A DNA stretch of 64,000 bases from an uncultured Trueperaceae bacterium (GTDB lineage Bacteria; Deinococcota; Deinococci; Deinococcales; Trueperaceae): NCBI GenBank assembly GCA_963727505.1, contig CAVSGP010000009.1:32001-96000 (forward strand), in the 5' to 3' direction. This document shows positions 21,976 through 32,139 of this stretch, piece after piece. A program made the translations under genes and the position numbers. The notes below the pieces were generated by a model that saw nothing but the letters and a program-made list of their open reading frames with translations, did no database searches and was not told where the DNA came from. The stretch's first letter is position 1; every line of letters begins with the position of its first letter.

Positions 21976-22477
21976 CGGACGTCTCCCGGCGTCGGTCGGA
22001 GGGCTCCTCCGCATCGTCGGCCCCGTCGCCTTCCTCGGCCAGCTCACGGGTGGCCCTGTTGAGCGCGTTGAGGCCGTTTCGCAGCTGCGTCAGCTCGTCC
22101 TCGTCGAGTCGAGCGAGGCTGCGCTGCAGTCCCGCTCGACTGCGGCTCAGCTTCTCCAGCATCACCTTGCCCTCGGGGGCCAGCTCGACGAGCACCACGC
22201 GCCGGTCGCGCTGGTCGCGAACGCGCCGCACCAGGCCGCGCTCGGCCATGCGCCGGAGCATGCCGGTGGCGCTGGCGGCCGACATGCCCAAGGAGCGCGC
22301 CAGAGCCCCCACGCGTTGGGGCCCGTCGGCCTGCAGCCGCACCAGCACCTGGAGATGTCCCATGCTGGCGACGTCGCGGCGGATCCGGTGGAGGCCGCGC
22401 ATGCCTTGCTCGCGGATGGCCGTGAAGGCGTCGACGACTTCCACGATCAGGCGGTCCTTCGCCTCGGTGTCATTCAT
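21953..22477 (-). CDS. MarR family transcriptional regulator
   Basis: Winged HTH with GLVRR..D.RDRRVVLVEL; directly upstream of the ABC pair. Confidence 0.88.
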   Translation of the reverse strand: MNDTEAKDRLIVEVVDAFTAIREQGMRGLHRIRRDVASMGHLQVLVRLQADGPQRVGALARSLGMSAASATGMLRRMAERGLVRRVRDQRDRRVVLVELAPEGKVMLEKLSRSRAGLQRSLARLDEDELTQLRNGLNALNRATRELAEEGDGADDAEEPSDRRRETSDASEAAE

Positions 22478-22508
22478 TTGTGCCGCGTTGATAGTTCGCA
22501 CGACGTTA

Positions 22509-22537
22509 AATGTAGGACCGGAGGGCCCCGTTGTCAA
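22509..22537 (-). promoter_or_regulatory. Sigma70-type promoter of the marR-ABC operon
   Basis: Minus strand TTGACA (22537-22532), 17-bp spacer, TACATT (22514-22509). Confidence 0.72.
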
Positions 22538-22569
22538 CCCCGGTCGTCAACCCCGGTCGTCAACCCCGG
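22533..22569. repeat. Tandem repeat, 13-bp unit GTCAACCCCGGTC, about 2.8 copies
   Basis: Read directly; first copy overlaps the -35 hexamer. Confidence 0.9.
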
Positions 22570-22694
22570 GCCGGCGGGACCCGCACGCGACAGGGTTCCC
22601 TGACGGCCGGAACGCCGCGGTGTCCGCGTCACCGGCAGGATGCGCGCTCACACCTGGCGCGCGTCGGCTGCGACTGCTGCCGCCTGACGTCGGC

Positions 22695-24143
22695 CTACGG
22701 CTCGAGGTTCCGCAGCCAGGCTGCGAGCACGTCACGTCCGGTGAGGACGTCGTTGGCGGTGAGCGGTAGCGGCACGTCCAGCGGCAGGGCATCACCGCGG
22801 CTGATCGCTGGCCGGGTGAAGCGCTTGTACGACACGGTGAACGGCAGGCCCAGCACCGGCGTGCGGAACGACAGGATGTCGCCATAGCCGCCCGGCTCGG
22901 CACCCATCGGTTCGCCGGCCACGCGCGCCAGCCCGTTGTCGCTCAGGATGGTGGCGATCATCCCGGCCGAGCTGAAGGTGGCGCCGTTGGTCAGCACGAT
23001 CAGCGACCCCGTGAAGATCGGCGGGGAGGGCGGCACGGCCGTGAGGGCGCCGGGCTCCTGCATCACCAGCAGCTCGCCGTCGGTGGACGATGCACCTGCG
23101 ATCAGGGCCTGACGGGTGGTGCCTCGCTGGTCGACGACAACCTGCGAGGGTCGGACGATTTCGCCGTAGTTGTGGACGGCACGCGCCGGCAGGTGTTGCA
23201 GCCACGGTGTGGCTACGTTGGAGTTGCCGCCGCCATCGAACTGAAGATCGAGCACGATGCGGCGTAGGCCGCGATCGTGCACCGCCTGGAAGAAGGCGTC
23301 TACCGCGTCACGATACGCGGGCGAATCGACGCACGAGAGCAACCAGAACAGGCCCGTGCCCGACGCCTCGTCGATGCGCCACAGGTAGGTGCTGCCGCGT
23401 GCCCAGTCCTCGCCGAGGCCTACCGCGCGCTGCAGGCGCGCTTGGAGAGGCGCCGTGCGACCCCGCACGGCGGCGATCGGGACCAGCGGGACGCGGGCTC
23501 GGGTCGCGGTCCCGTCGCTGCCGCGCACGGTGATCTCGACGCCGTCGGCGTCGCTCGCATCGACCAGGCCGAGCCATCGGAGCACCGGTTCGGCCCCGAC
23601 CATCTGGGCGCTGCGATAGCGCACCCAGCCGGCGGGCCCGGGGACGAGCGCGGCCATGCGCTGCTGCAGGGTGTCAGGCGTCAGGGTTCCCAGCCGGACC
23701 ACGCGGGCCACATCGGGAAGATCCAGGTCCGAGCCGTCGAGCGGGGAGACGAGCAACGCGTCCGAGGTGGCGAAGAACACCAGCGGGAGCACGCGTTGGG
23801 CGGCTGCCTGGGGGGCCGCAGTGGTGTGCGCGTCGCCCAGCGACGCGAGCAGGCGCTGCAGCGCCACGGCGACCGCGTCGGCGCTGGGATGGTCCCCGAG
23901 GCCGGCCTGTTGCTCGGCGAGGGCGCGTTCGAAGGCGGCTCTGGCGGCCGGCCGGGTCAGGGCCGGATGAACCTCCAGCACACGATCGGCGGCGTAGCGC
24001 AGCTCCGCGCGCGCCGGCGCAGGGTCGAGCGGACCGGCCGCGGTAGGCGCGGACTGGGCCCCGGCGAGCGGGAGCAGCAGGGTCAGGACCGAGATCGCGG
24101 CCAGGACCGGCCGAGCCGGACTCGGGATGCGGTTCACGTGCAT
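22695..24143 (-). CDS. Secreted S41 family peptidase
   Basis: Signal peptide, LGDAHT, IVLDLQFDGGGNS, VLTNGATFSSA and GEPMG; GAGGAGG SD. Confidence 0.78.
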   Translation of the reverse strand: MHVNRIPSPARPVLAAISVLTLLLPLAGAQSAPTAAGPLDPAPARAELRYAADRVLEVHPALTRPAARAAFERALAEQQAGLGDHPSADAVAVALQRLLASLGDAHTTAAPQAAAQRVLPLVFFATSDALLVSPLDGSDLDLPDVARVVRLGTLTPDTLQQRMAALVPGPAGWVRYRSAQMVGAEPVLRWLGLVDASDADGVEITVRGSDGTATRARVPLVPIAAVRGRTAPLQARLQRAVGLGEDWARGSTYLWRIDEASGTGLFWLLSCVDSPAYRDAVDAFFQAVHDRGLRRIVLDLQFDGGGNSNVATPWLQHLPARAVHNYGEIVRPSQVVVDQRGTTRQALIAGASSTDGELLVMQEPGALTAVPPSPPIFTGSLIVLTNGATFSSAGMIATILSDNGLARVAGEPMGAEPGGYGDILSFRTPVLGLPFTVSYKRFTRPAISRGDALPLDVPLPLTANDVLTGRDVLAAWLRNLEP

Positions 24144-24350
24144 GGGGCGCCTCCTCGTCGCGCGGTGTTCGAGATCAGCCTCGTGGATTCGGTCGACGTC
24201 CGTGTCCTGGACAGCATCGACCGCTCTCGTGGGAGAAATGCCGACGCGGCCTGCGACCCCGGCGGCGGGGGTGCGGGACGTTCGGCCCTTGGGCCGGTCG
24301 GCACCGGCGCCCACACTGCCAGCGGGGCTACCTGGAAGGCGGGAGGTTCG

Positions 24351-25256
24351 ATGGCGACGACGGGGATGGACACGGACCGGACACATGCGAGGGCCCGTGA
24401 GCATGGGCTCCTGACGGCCGAACGCGGCACCGGATTCGCCTTCGGGATCGGCGCGATCGTCCTGGGACTGGGTACGGCGTTGGTGGCGCTGCTCGGCCCG
24501 CTGGGAGTGGGCGTGATCCGCTACCACGCGTCGGCGGGGGCGGTGAACCAGATCCTGGGCGGGGACGTTGCAGGACTGCTGCTCGTGGCCCCGATCGCGA
24601 TCGTCGCGGGCGTCCTGGCGCTGCGGCGGAACCCGGCGGGGCCGGTGCTGGCGCTCGGGCCGGCCGCCTACGTCCTGTACACGGAGGTCCAACTCGCTCT
24701 GGGCGGGGACTTTGTGCGCTACCCGGGCAGCAGCGAGCGCTTCTTCCTGCTGTTCCTCGCCCTGTTCGTGCTCGCCGGGGCGCTCCTGGTGAGCGCCTGG
24801 ACGGGCCTCGACGCCGCACGGCTGCCGGCGTTCTCGCGCCGCTTCACGCGCTTCGTGGCGGGATTCTTGCTGGTGATCGCGGCTTTCCTGGCCGTCGGGC
24901 TGCACCTGCCCGGACTGATCGCTTCGTTCGCGGCGCAGTCGCCGGGGGGCGCGAGCCTGCCGGACCCCGCCGTGTTCTGGCTGGTGAAGTTCATGGACCT
25001 GGGCGTGATCGTCCCGGTGCTGGTGGCGGTCGCCGTCGGTCTGCTGCAGCAGCGGGGCTGGGCGTACAAGGCGATGGTCGCCGTCGTCGGCTGGATCGCG
25101 TGCCTGGGCTCTGCCGTCGCGGGCATGGCGATCGTGATGCAGGTGACCGGAGACCCCGAGGCCGCGATCGGGAACGTGGTGGCCTTCGGTCTGTTCGCGG
25201 TGGTAGGGCTGGCGATCGCCGTCGGCGTGTACCGTCCGCTGTTCGGTGTGCGCTAG
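24351..25256 (+). CDS. Hypothetical multi-pass membrane protein
   Basis: About 8 hydrophobic segments; GGAGG SD before ATG. Confidence 0.72.
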   Translation: MATTGMDTDRTHARAREHGLLTAERGTGFAFGIGAIVLGLGTALVALLGPLGVGVIRYHASAGAVNQILGGDVAGLLLVAPIAIVAGVLALRRNPAGPVLALGPAAYVLYTEVQLALGGDFVRYPGSSERFFLLFLALFVLAGALLVSAWTGLDAARLPAFSRRFTRFVAGFLLVIAAFLAVGLHLPGLIASFAAQSPGGASLPDPAVFWLVKFMDLGVIVPVLVAVAVGLLQQRGWAYKAMVAVVGWIACLGSAVAGMAIVMQVTGDPEAAIGNVVAFGLFAVVGLAIAVGVYRPLFGVR

Positions 25257-25774
25257 GTCCCGCGGCGCAACGCCAGCCAGCGCGCGTCCGCCAGGACCAC
25301 CGAGGCCTCCCGCTGGCGTGGCGGAACGGTCCAGTAGCGACGCAGGAGGCGCTCTGCGTCGGCTTCGGCCAGGAGCGAGAAGCCGTGGCGCTGGTAGAAG
25401 CGCAGGGCCCAGACGGCGGCGCGCCAGGTACCGACGAGCATCGGACGTTCCGTGCGCTCCCGGAGGTAGGTGAGCAGGGCGGTCCCGTGCCCGCGTCGCT
25501 GCTGCGCCGGGAGGACGTAGGCGTGTCGGATCAGGGCGACATCGCCCACGAGCTGCAACCCCATCGCCGCGACGACGCGCCCGGCCTGCTCGAGCACCCA
25601 GAACCTCACGTCGTCATCGATCTCCCGGAGGAGTTCGCCGAGCGCCATGTAGGGTTCGTGCCAGCAGTCGGGCGGGATCACGCCCCGGTAGGCCGCGGCG
25701 GCCTCCTCGATGAGGGCGGCGACAGCGCCGCTCTCATCGGGTCGGGCTCGGCGGATCTGGGAGGGGATCGTCAC
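25253..25774 (-). CDS. GNAT family N-acetyltransferase
   Basis: IRHAYVLPAQQRRGHGTALL acetyl-CoA motif and WALRFYQRHGF; start approximate. Confidence 0.88.
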   Translation of the reverse strand: MTIPSQIRRARPDESGAVAALIEEAAAAYRGVIPPDCWHEPYMALGELLREIDDDVRFWVLEQAGRVVAAMGLQLVGDVALIRHAYVLPAQQRRGHGTALLTYLRERTERPMLVGTWRAAVWALRFYQRHGFSLLAEADAERLLRRYWTVPPRQREASVVLADARWLALRRGT

Positions 25775-25937
25775 GGCGGGGTGCCGCCTTCCAGGGCTCC
25801 TCAGTCGCAGACCCGTGGTGGGGACGGCCGCTGACGAGGGCGTGATGCCCGATTCTAGCGGGCCCGGGGGCCGCGTTCGTGGCGCAACAGCGCCGAGCGC
25901 GACGCTTCCTAATCGCGGCTCATCGTCCCCCCGTAGC

Positions 25938-28286
25938 ATGGAGCACGTGAAGATCGTCCAGGGGCTCCTGCTGCTGGCGCTCACGGCAGTGCTGTCCCTG
26001 GCGGCCCTTCTCGGGTCGTCGGCGCTGCACTGGGCGCAGAACCTGCCGTCGCTCGCGCCGGTGGAGGCCCTCCAGTACACCTCGAACTCCACCGTGTTCG
26101 CTCGTGACGGCACGCGTATCGGCACCCTGGTGCCTGCGATCGGCAAGAGCAAGGAACCGGTCAACCGCGTTCCGGTCACGCTGAGCCAGGTCTCGCCTGC
26201 CGCCCTGGAGGCGCTGGTGGCGTCCGAGGACGACCAGTTCTTCCACGAGTACGGCTTCAGCCCGTCCGGCATCGCCAAGGCCGTCTACCAGGAGATCATC
26301 GGACGGTCCAGGCGCGGTGGCTCGACCATCACCACCGAGCTCGTGAAGAACACCGTGCTGCGCGACATAGCCGACGAGCGTTCGCTGAACCGCAAGGTCA
26401 AGGAGTTCCTGCTCGCCGTCCAGCTGGAGCAGCGCCTGACCAAGCGCGAGATCCTGCAGCGCTACGTCAACGTGGTGTTCTGGGGCGGCAACGTCTACGG
26501 CATCCGGGAGGCGTCGCAGGCCTACTTCGGCCTCGATCCGATCCAGCTCAACCTGGCGCAGGGTCTCTACCTGGCGGTCCTGGTGCCGGCGCCGAACGCC
26601 ATGCACGGTGACTTCACCGCCGCGCGCGCCGGCATGAAGACGGTGCTCGACAAGATGGTGCGCCGCGGGACGATCTCGGAAGCGGCCGCCCAGCGAGCGT
26701 GGGACTACCGGCTCGAGCCCCGAGGCTGGCAGGTCGCCTACGACGGTCACGGTAACGTCGTGAAGGCCACGCGCACCGGCTCGGCCGTGAAGGTGGCATC
26801 GAGCATCGACACCGGTCTCTCCCGCGGCGTCATGCTGGCGGTCCGTGACTGGCTGGTGAAGCGCTACGGCGCGAGCGTGGTGTTCGGCAGCGGCGGGCTG
26901 AACGTCTACACCACCTTCGACGTGCAGGCGCAGAAGGCGGCGATGGCAGCCAGCCGCGAGACTCCTGTTCCCGGCGGCGCGCAGATGGCCATCGTGGGCA
27001 TCGATCCCAAGAGCGGCGGGGTGCTGGCGATGGTGGGCCAGAAGCTGGGGACGGGCCGCAAGCAGCAGGACTTCAACCGCGCCATCCAGGCCTACCGGCA
27101 ACCAGGATCGTCGTTCAAGCCCATCGTCTATGCCACCGGCATCCAGGAAGGTGCGCTGAACGAGGCCAGCATCCTGGTCGACGACCCCACCACGTTCAAG
27201 GTCAACGGCAAGGCCGACTACACGCCCAAGGAGTGGGACAAGTCCTACGAGGGGTACGAGACGGCGCGGCTGGCGCTCGACAGGAGCCGCAACATCCCGG
27301 CGGTGAAGGCGCTGCAGGAGGCCACGGCGCAGGCGGTGGCGGCGAAGGCGACGATGCTTGGCTACGACGTGAAGCCCTACCTGGGCATGGCGCTCGGCAG
27401 CTTCGTGGTCACACCCCTGCAACATGCCGCGGCGATCGCCGCCTTCGCCAACGGCGGTGTGTACACCGCGCCCTACTTCGTTCGGAAGGTGGTCGACGCC
27501 AGCGGCCACGTCCTCTACCAGGCACACCCGCGTCGTACGCGGGTGTGGAGTCCGCAGACCGCCTACATCGCTCTGGACATGATGCACGGCACGGTCGAGG
27601 ATCGAAAGCCCTACTGGGCGCTGTCCTGGCGCGCGAACGTGCCGGGGCGCTGGATCGCGGGGAAGACCGGTACCACCGACAAGGAGCGCGACATCTGGTT
27701 CGTGGGCGCGACACCAGGCCTGGTCGCCACCGTGTGGATCGGCAACGATGACGACACGCCCATGCCCAGGCACATGACATTGGCCGACGGTAGCAGCCAG
27801 CTGGTGACCAGCTCGCAGCAACCCATCTTCGCCTTCAACCGCTTCGTGAGCGCAGCGTTGCGGGGGCACGCGAGCGATCCGAACGGATTCCCGGTGCCGG
27901 CAGGCATCGTCTTCCGCCCCATCGATCTGAAGACGGGGGCGCCCGATCCGGCCGGTACCAAGGCCGCGTTCCGATCCGGCCCGGCGCTGCGCGGCCGCTC
28001 CTTGCTCGGGGGTGGAACGCTGCGCGTCGCGGTGGACGAAGCGACCGGCCTGCGCGCGACGGCCGCGACCCCGCCCGACCGGATCCGGGTGATCTCGGTC
28101 GACCCCAAGAACGTCGATCAACTCTTCCCTGGCAGCGGTGCAGTAGGACCTGCGGCGGGACCTGCGGCAAGATCCACGGACGCTGCTACGTCGCGTCCCG
28201 CGACCGGTCCTGCGACCGGTTCCTGTGACGGGTCCGGCGGCACGCGCCTCGGGGACGGCGGACGCGCGGCCCTAGCGCGGCCGTAG
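25938..28286 (+). CDS. Class A penicillin-binding protein (PBP1A-like transglycosylase/transpeptidase)
   Basis: N-terminal TM, SEDDQF, GGSTIT, RKVKE, SSFK (SxxK), SRN (SxN) and KTG. Confidence 0.93.
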   Translation: MEHVKIVQGLLLLALTAVLSLAALLGSSALHWAQNLPSLAPVEALQYTSNSTVFARDGTRIGTLVPAIGKSKEPVNRVPVTLSQVSPAALEALVASEDDQFFHEYGFSPSGIAKAVYQEIIGRSRRGGSTITTELVKNTVLRDIADERSLNRKVKEFLLAVQLEQRLTKREILQRYVNVVFWGGNVYGIREASQAYFGLDPIQLNLAQGLYLAVLVPAPNAMHGDFTAARAGMKTVLDKMVRRGTISEAAAQRAWDYRLEPRGWQVAYDGHGNVVKATRTGSAVKVASSIDTGLSRGVMLAVRDWLVKRYGASVVFGSGGLNVYTTFDVQAQKAAMAASRETPVPGGAQMAIVGIDPKSGGVLAMVGQKLGTGRKQQDFNRAIQAYRQPGSSFKPIVYATGIQEGALNEASILVDDPTTFKVNGKADYTPKEWDKSYEGYETARLALDRSRNIPAVKALQEATAQAVAAKATMLGYDVKPYLGMALGSFVVTPLQHAAAIAAFANGGVYTAPYFVRKVVDASGHVLYQAHPRRTRVWSPQTAYIALDMMHGTVEDRKPYWALSWRANVPGRWIAGKTGTTDKERDIWFVGATPGLVATVWIGNDDDTPMPRHMTLADGSSQLVTSSQQPIFAFNRFVSAALRGHASDPNGFPVPAGIVFRPIDLKTGAPDPAGTKAAFRSGPALRGRSLLGGGTLRVAVDEATGLRATAATPPDRIRVISVDPKNVDQLFPGSGAVGPAAGPAARSTDAATSRPATGPATGSCDGSGGTRLGDGGRAALARP

Positions 28287-28433
28287 CGCGGCCGCGCCGG
28301 GACATTCGACCCTGCGGCGGCCCCGAGGGGCGTGTTGTGCTCGGGGCGTGGATACCCCAGCCCCGCGATCAGGATTGTTCTTCGCGCAGGGCGGGCGGAA
28401 GGGTGCCCGCAGGAACCGGCCCCGAGGCCCCAC

Positions 28434-29702
28434 GTGCCGCTGACGACGCGGCGCACCCCGCGGCGCACCCCGCCTCCGCGGCGAGCGGGACGGCTCGCCG
28501 CACTGTTGGCGGTCATGGGTCCCGGCCTGGTCGTGATGCTGGCCGACACCGACGCCGGCAGCATCGTGACGGCGGCGCAGAGTGGCGCCACCTGGGGGTA
28601 CGACCTGCTATGGCTGCAGCTGGCCCTCGTGCCCATCCTGTTCATCGTCCAGGAGTTGACGGTGCGCCTCGGCACGGTCACCGGTCAGGGCCACGGCGAG
28701 CTCATCCGACGGTACTTCGGCAAGCGCTGGGCATGGTTCTCGGTCGGGACGCTGGCGCTGGCCGGTGTCGGGGCGCTCTGTACCGAGTTCGTGGGCATGG
28801 CCGGTGCAGGCGAGGTGTTCGGCGTGTCCCCCTACCTCAGCGTCGGCACCGCCGTCCTCGGACTGGCCGTGATCGCTGCGCGGGGCACCTACCGGCGGGT
28901 GGAGATCGTAGCGGCCGCCGTCGGGAGCCTGGAGTTGCTGTACGTGCTGGTGGCGTGGCAGGCGCATCCCTCGCCGGGCATGTTCCTCGCGGACCTGCAG
29001 CGCCTGCCCTGGAGCCACGGCCCGTACCTCTATCTCATCGCCGCCAACATCGGCGCCGTGATCATGCCCTGGATGATCTTCTACCAGCAGTCAGCGGTCG
29101 TCGAGAAGGGGCTCACGGAACGCGATCTGCCGGCGGCGCGCATCGACACGGCCGTCGGCGCGGTACTCACCCAGGTCATCATGGCGGCCGTGTTGGTGAG
29201 CACCGCGGCCACCCTGCACGGGGGCGCGGGAGCCGCCGGCTCGGCCCTGGGGACGGTGACGGAGATCGCCGGCGCGCTGACGCCGTTGCTGGGCCCGACC
29301 TACGGCGCCGTGCTGTTCGCGCTGGGGATGCTCGGTGCGTCGTTGGTGGCAGCGCTGGTGGTCTCCCTGGCGGTCGCTTGGGGGCTGGGTGAGGTCGCCG
29401 GCTACCGGCACTCGCTGGCCCACCCCGCAGGTGAGGCGCCCTGGTTCTACGGCATCTACCTGATCGCCATCGTCGGGAGCGCGGCCCTGGTGCTGTCCGG
29501 CGTGAACCTGGTGCGCCTCAGCATCGGCGTGCAGGTGATGAACGCGCTGTTGCTCCCCGTCGTGCTCGGATTCCTGTTCCTGCTGGCCCGTCGCGCGCTG
29601 CCCGGCGAGCATCGCCTGCGCGGCATCCCGGCCTTGACCGTGGCCCTGGTGCTGGTGCTCACCACCGCCTTCGGCGTGGTGTCCGCTGGCCTCGCGTTCT
29701 GA
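28434..29702 (+). CDS. NRAMP-related divalent metal cation transporter
   Basis: GPGLVVMLADTDAGS, QELTVRLG and GAVIMPWMIFYQQS; start uncertain. Confidence 0.88.
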   Translation: MPLTTRRTPRRTPPPRRAGRLAALLAVMGPGLVVMLADTDAGSIVTAAQSGATWGYDLLWLQLALVPILFIVQELTVRLGTVTGQGHGELIRRYFGKRWAWFSVGTLALAGVGALCTEFVGMAGAGEVFGVSPYLSVGTAVLGLAVIAARGTYRRVEIVAAAVGSLELLYVLVAWQAHPSPGMFLADLQRLPWSHGPYLYLIAANIGAVIMPWMIFYQQSAVVEKGLTERDLPAARIDTAVGAVLTQVIMAAVLVSTAATLHGGAGAAGSALGTVTEIAGALTPLLGPTYGAVLFALGMLGASLVAALVVSLAVAWGLGEVAGYRHSLAHPAGEAPWFYGIYLIAIVGSAALVLSGVNLVRLSIGVQVMNALLLPVVLGFLFLLARRALPGEHRLRGIPALTVALVLVLTTAFGVVSAGLAF

Positions 29703-29861
29703 GCCGCAGCACCCGAGCTCGCCCGTGGCCGTTGCGTGCACCCTCGTCCGGCAGGGCTCGACCTCGCATCCGCTAGTCTGAGCAGTATGGGCATCGGTCC
29801 GGGCCCGTGCGGCGAACGGCGGCAACGGGAGCGTGCCGACGGGCTCGGAGGGGCGGGAACG

Positions 29862-30176
29862 ATGCTCAAGCGGAGCTCGAAGATCGCGGCGAGCCGCGGG
29901 GCGCGGCTGCTCGTGACAGCCGCGGTGGTGGCGTTGCTCTTGGCGGCGTGCACCGCCTCGCAGCCGGCGCCAGCCGTTGGCCAAGGTATGCCCGGTTTCT
30001 GGCTGGGGCTGTGGCAGGGCGTCATCGCGCCGATCACCTTCGTGGTGAGCCTGTTCGTCGACGGCGTGCGGATCTACGCCTACCCGAACATCGGGCGCTG
30101 GTACGACTTCGGTTTCATGCTCGGCATCGGAGGGTTCACGGGCGGCCTCTTCGCAGGCTCGCGGCGGCGGCGCTGA
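29862..30176 (+). CDS. Small lipoprotein/membrane protein of unknown function
   Basis: Lipobox LAAC then GFWLGLWQG...WYDFGF hydrophobic module; alternative in-frame ATG at 29787. Confidence 0.72.
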   Translation: MLKRSSKIAASRGARLLVTAAVVALLLAACTASQPAPAVGQGMPGFWLGLWQGVIAPITFVVSLFVDGVRIYAYPNIGRWYDFGFMLGIGGFTGGLFAGSRRRR

Positions 30177-30207
30177 GGACGGCGCGCGCTCGAGCGCGCG
30201 GGCCGGC

Positions 30208-30741
30208 TCAGTAGGTCTCGTTCACGATCCACGGCGTGGCCACGTGCCACGACGTGCCGGTGCCGTTGGCGTCGCCCACGTGCTGGTCCTTGGCGTAGGT
30301 GTACAGGGGATGGCCGCTGATGGCGAGCTGGCTGCCGCCGTTGGGCCCGCTCAGCGTGCTCATGAACAGCGTCGAGTTGCTGGGTCCCGTGGGCGTCCCC
30401 GAGCCGACCGTGTACGGTTTCCAGTCGTTGAGGCAGGAGCCGCTACAGTTCGACGTGTCGGCGGTGTCGTCGGTGGAGTAGTAGAGCGTCAGGCCCTGCG
30501 GGGTAGCCAGGACCTGCTGCATCTCGCCGTCGAAGAACGCCTGCGCGAGGGCGATGACGTCGCCCGAGGGGTTGGGGTTGGGGGCGGTCCCGGCCTGAGC
30601 ACTCGAACTCGAGCCCGTGTCCGACGAGCCGGAGCTCTCTTCGGAGCCGTTCGACCCCTGGGCGAACGCAACGACGCCCAGCGTGCCGAGCGCGAGGACC
30701 AGAAGGACGTACGCGATGGATCGGATGCGCGTTGTGTGCAT
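30208..30741 (-). CDS. Secreted protein with Yx(FWY)xxD repeats (COG4315-like)
   Basis: Signal peptide; GLTLYYSTDD...C...C...W.P and GHPLYTYAKD..GDANG. Confidence 0.8.
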   Translation of the reverse strand: MHTTRIRSIAYVLLVLALGTLGVVAFAQGSNGSEESSGSSDTGSSSSAQAGTAPNPNPSGDVIALAQAFFDGEMQQVLATPQGLTLYYSTDDTADTSNCSGSCLNDWKPYTVGSGTPTGPSNSTLFMSTLSGPNGGSQLAISGHPLYTYAKDQHVGDANGTGTSWHVATPWIVNETY

Positions 30742-30974
30742 GGGAGCCTCCCTGACGACCGGCGCTTGTCGGGGCCGGCGCTCTGGAACGCAACGTCGAG
30801 CGGATCGCAACGGCGCCCGGCCGTTCCCGGCGCCGGACCGCTCCTGACTCGACGATAGGCGCCCTCGTGGAAGCGTGTGTATGCCGCGAGACCGGTGCGG
30901 GCCCCAAGTGCGGCCGAGCGCCCCGAAGGCGAGGCGGGCTCCGAAGGAGCGGGGGGACCAGCCGCCGGCGCCCC

Positions 30975-31896
30975 TCAGGGCCGCAGGACGATCTTGCCCA
31001 GCGTGTGCCGGCGCTCGAGCTCACGGTAGGCGTCGCGGACCTCGTCGAGGGGGTAGACCCGCGCGATCGGCACCTCGAGGTCGCCCGCGGCGATCATGGC
31101 GGCCAGCTCGGCGAGCACCTCCGCGCGGGCGGCGCGCGCCGTGCCCTCGGTCTTGACGCCGTACCTCTCCCCGGCCGCGAAGTTCGCGATGGTGTCGATG
31201 CGCTCCGGCGCCACGCCGAGTTCGAGAGCGAGTTCCACGTAGTCTGCCCCGAAGGCGTCGATGAAGGCATCGACCCGGCCGTCGGCCGCCTCTCGGACGC
31301 GGTCCGCCACGCCGTCGCCGTAGGTCACTGGCACAGCGCCGTGGTCGGCCAGCCAGGCGTGATGGGGCGGGCTCGCCAGCGCGATCACCTTCGCGCCCGC
31401 CCGGCGTGCGAGCTGGACCGCCAGCGTCCCGACCCCACCGGCTGCGGCCGACAGCACCACGGTGTCGCCGGGGTGCGGGTCCACGGCGCGGACGGCCGCG
31501 TAGGCGGTGGTGCCCGCCACGAAGAGCGCCCCGGCGGCCTCCCAGGACACTGCGGGCGGTTTGGGCGCGAGCTTCTGGGCCTCGGCCGCCACCAGCTCGG
31601 CGTGGCTCGAGCGGTCGTGACTGAAGCCGAGAACCTCGTCTCCCACCGCGAAGGCGTCGACATCCTGACCGACCTCCTCGACGATCGCCGGCGAGGTCGC
31701 TCCCCTCGCCGGACGGGAACGTCGCCGGGAAACGGTGCGCCATGCGGCCCTCGCGGATGGCGGCCTCACCGGGGTTGATGCCGGCCGCCTTCACCCGCAC
31801 CAGCACCCTGCCGGGGGGTGGCGGCCGGCGCTCCACCTCCACCACCTGCAAGACGTCGATCCCTCCGTACTCGTTGAAACGGACGGCGCGTGGCAT
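30975..31896 (-). pseudogene. NADPH:quinone oxidoreductase (MDR family) split by a 1-nt frameshift near 31687
   Basis: N-terminus MPRAVRFNEYGG..VKAAGINP..GSDLAG lies in one frame and IVEEVG..AAAGGVG..HTLGKIVL in another; junction reads GCC GGC G ATC GTC. Confidence 0.82.
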
Positions 31897-32051
31897 GGAT
31901 CACCTCTTCCGTGGCATCGGTTGCTCGTGGCGTCGCTCTGCGGTCGCTTCGGTCCCTCACCGCTTCGGTTTCCCGTACTCGCGGTCGGATCCCGTGAAGC
32001 GGCGTGCGTCGCCTCCGAAGGCTGCGTCGAGGATAGCGTCGGCGTCGCTCC

Positions 32052-32106
32052 GCGGGTGTTCAGGTGCGGGTGTTCGGGTGCGGGTGTTCGGGTGCGGGTG
32101 TTCGGG
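32052..32106. repeat. Tandem repeat, 14-bp unit GCGGGTGTTCGGGT, about 4 copies
   Basis: Read directly; first copy carries one G>A change. Confidence 0.92.
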
Positions 32107-32139
32107 CGGTCGCCGAGCTGCGGTCGCGGCCGCGCGGGG

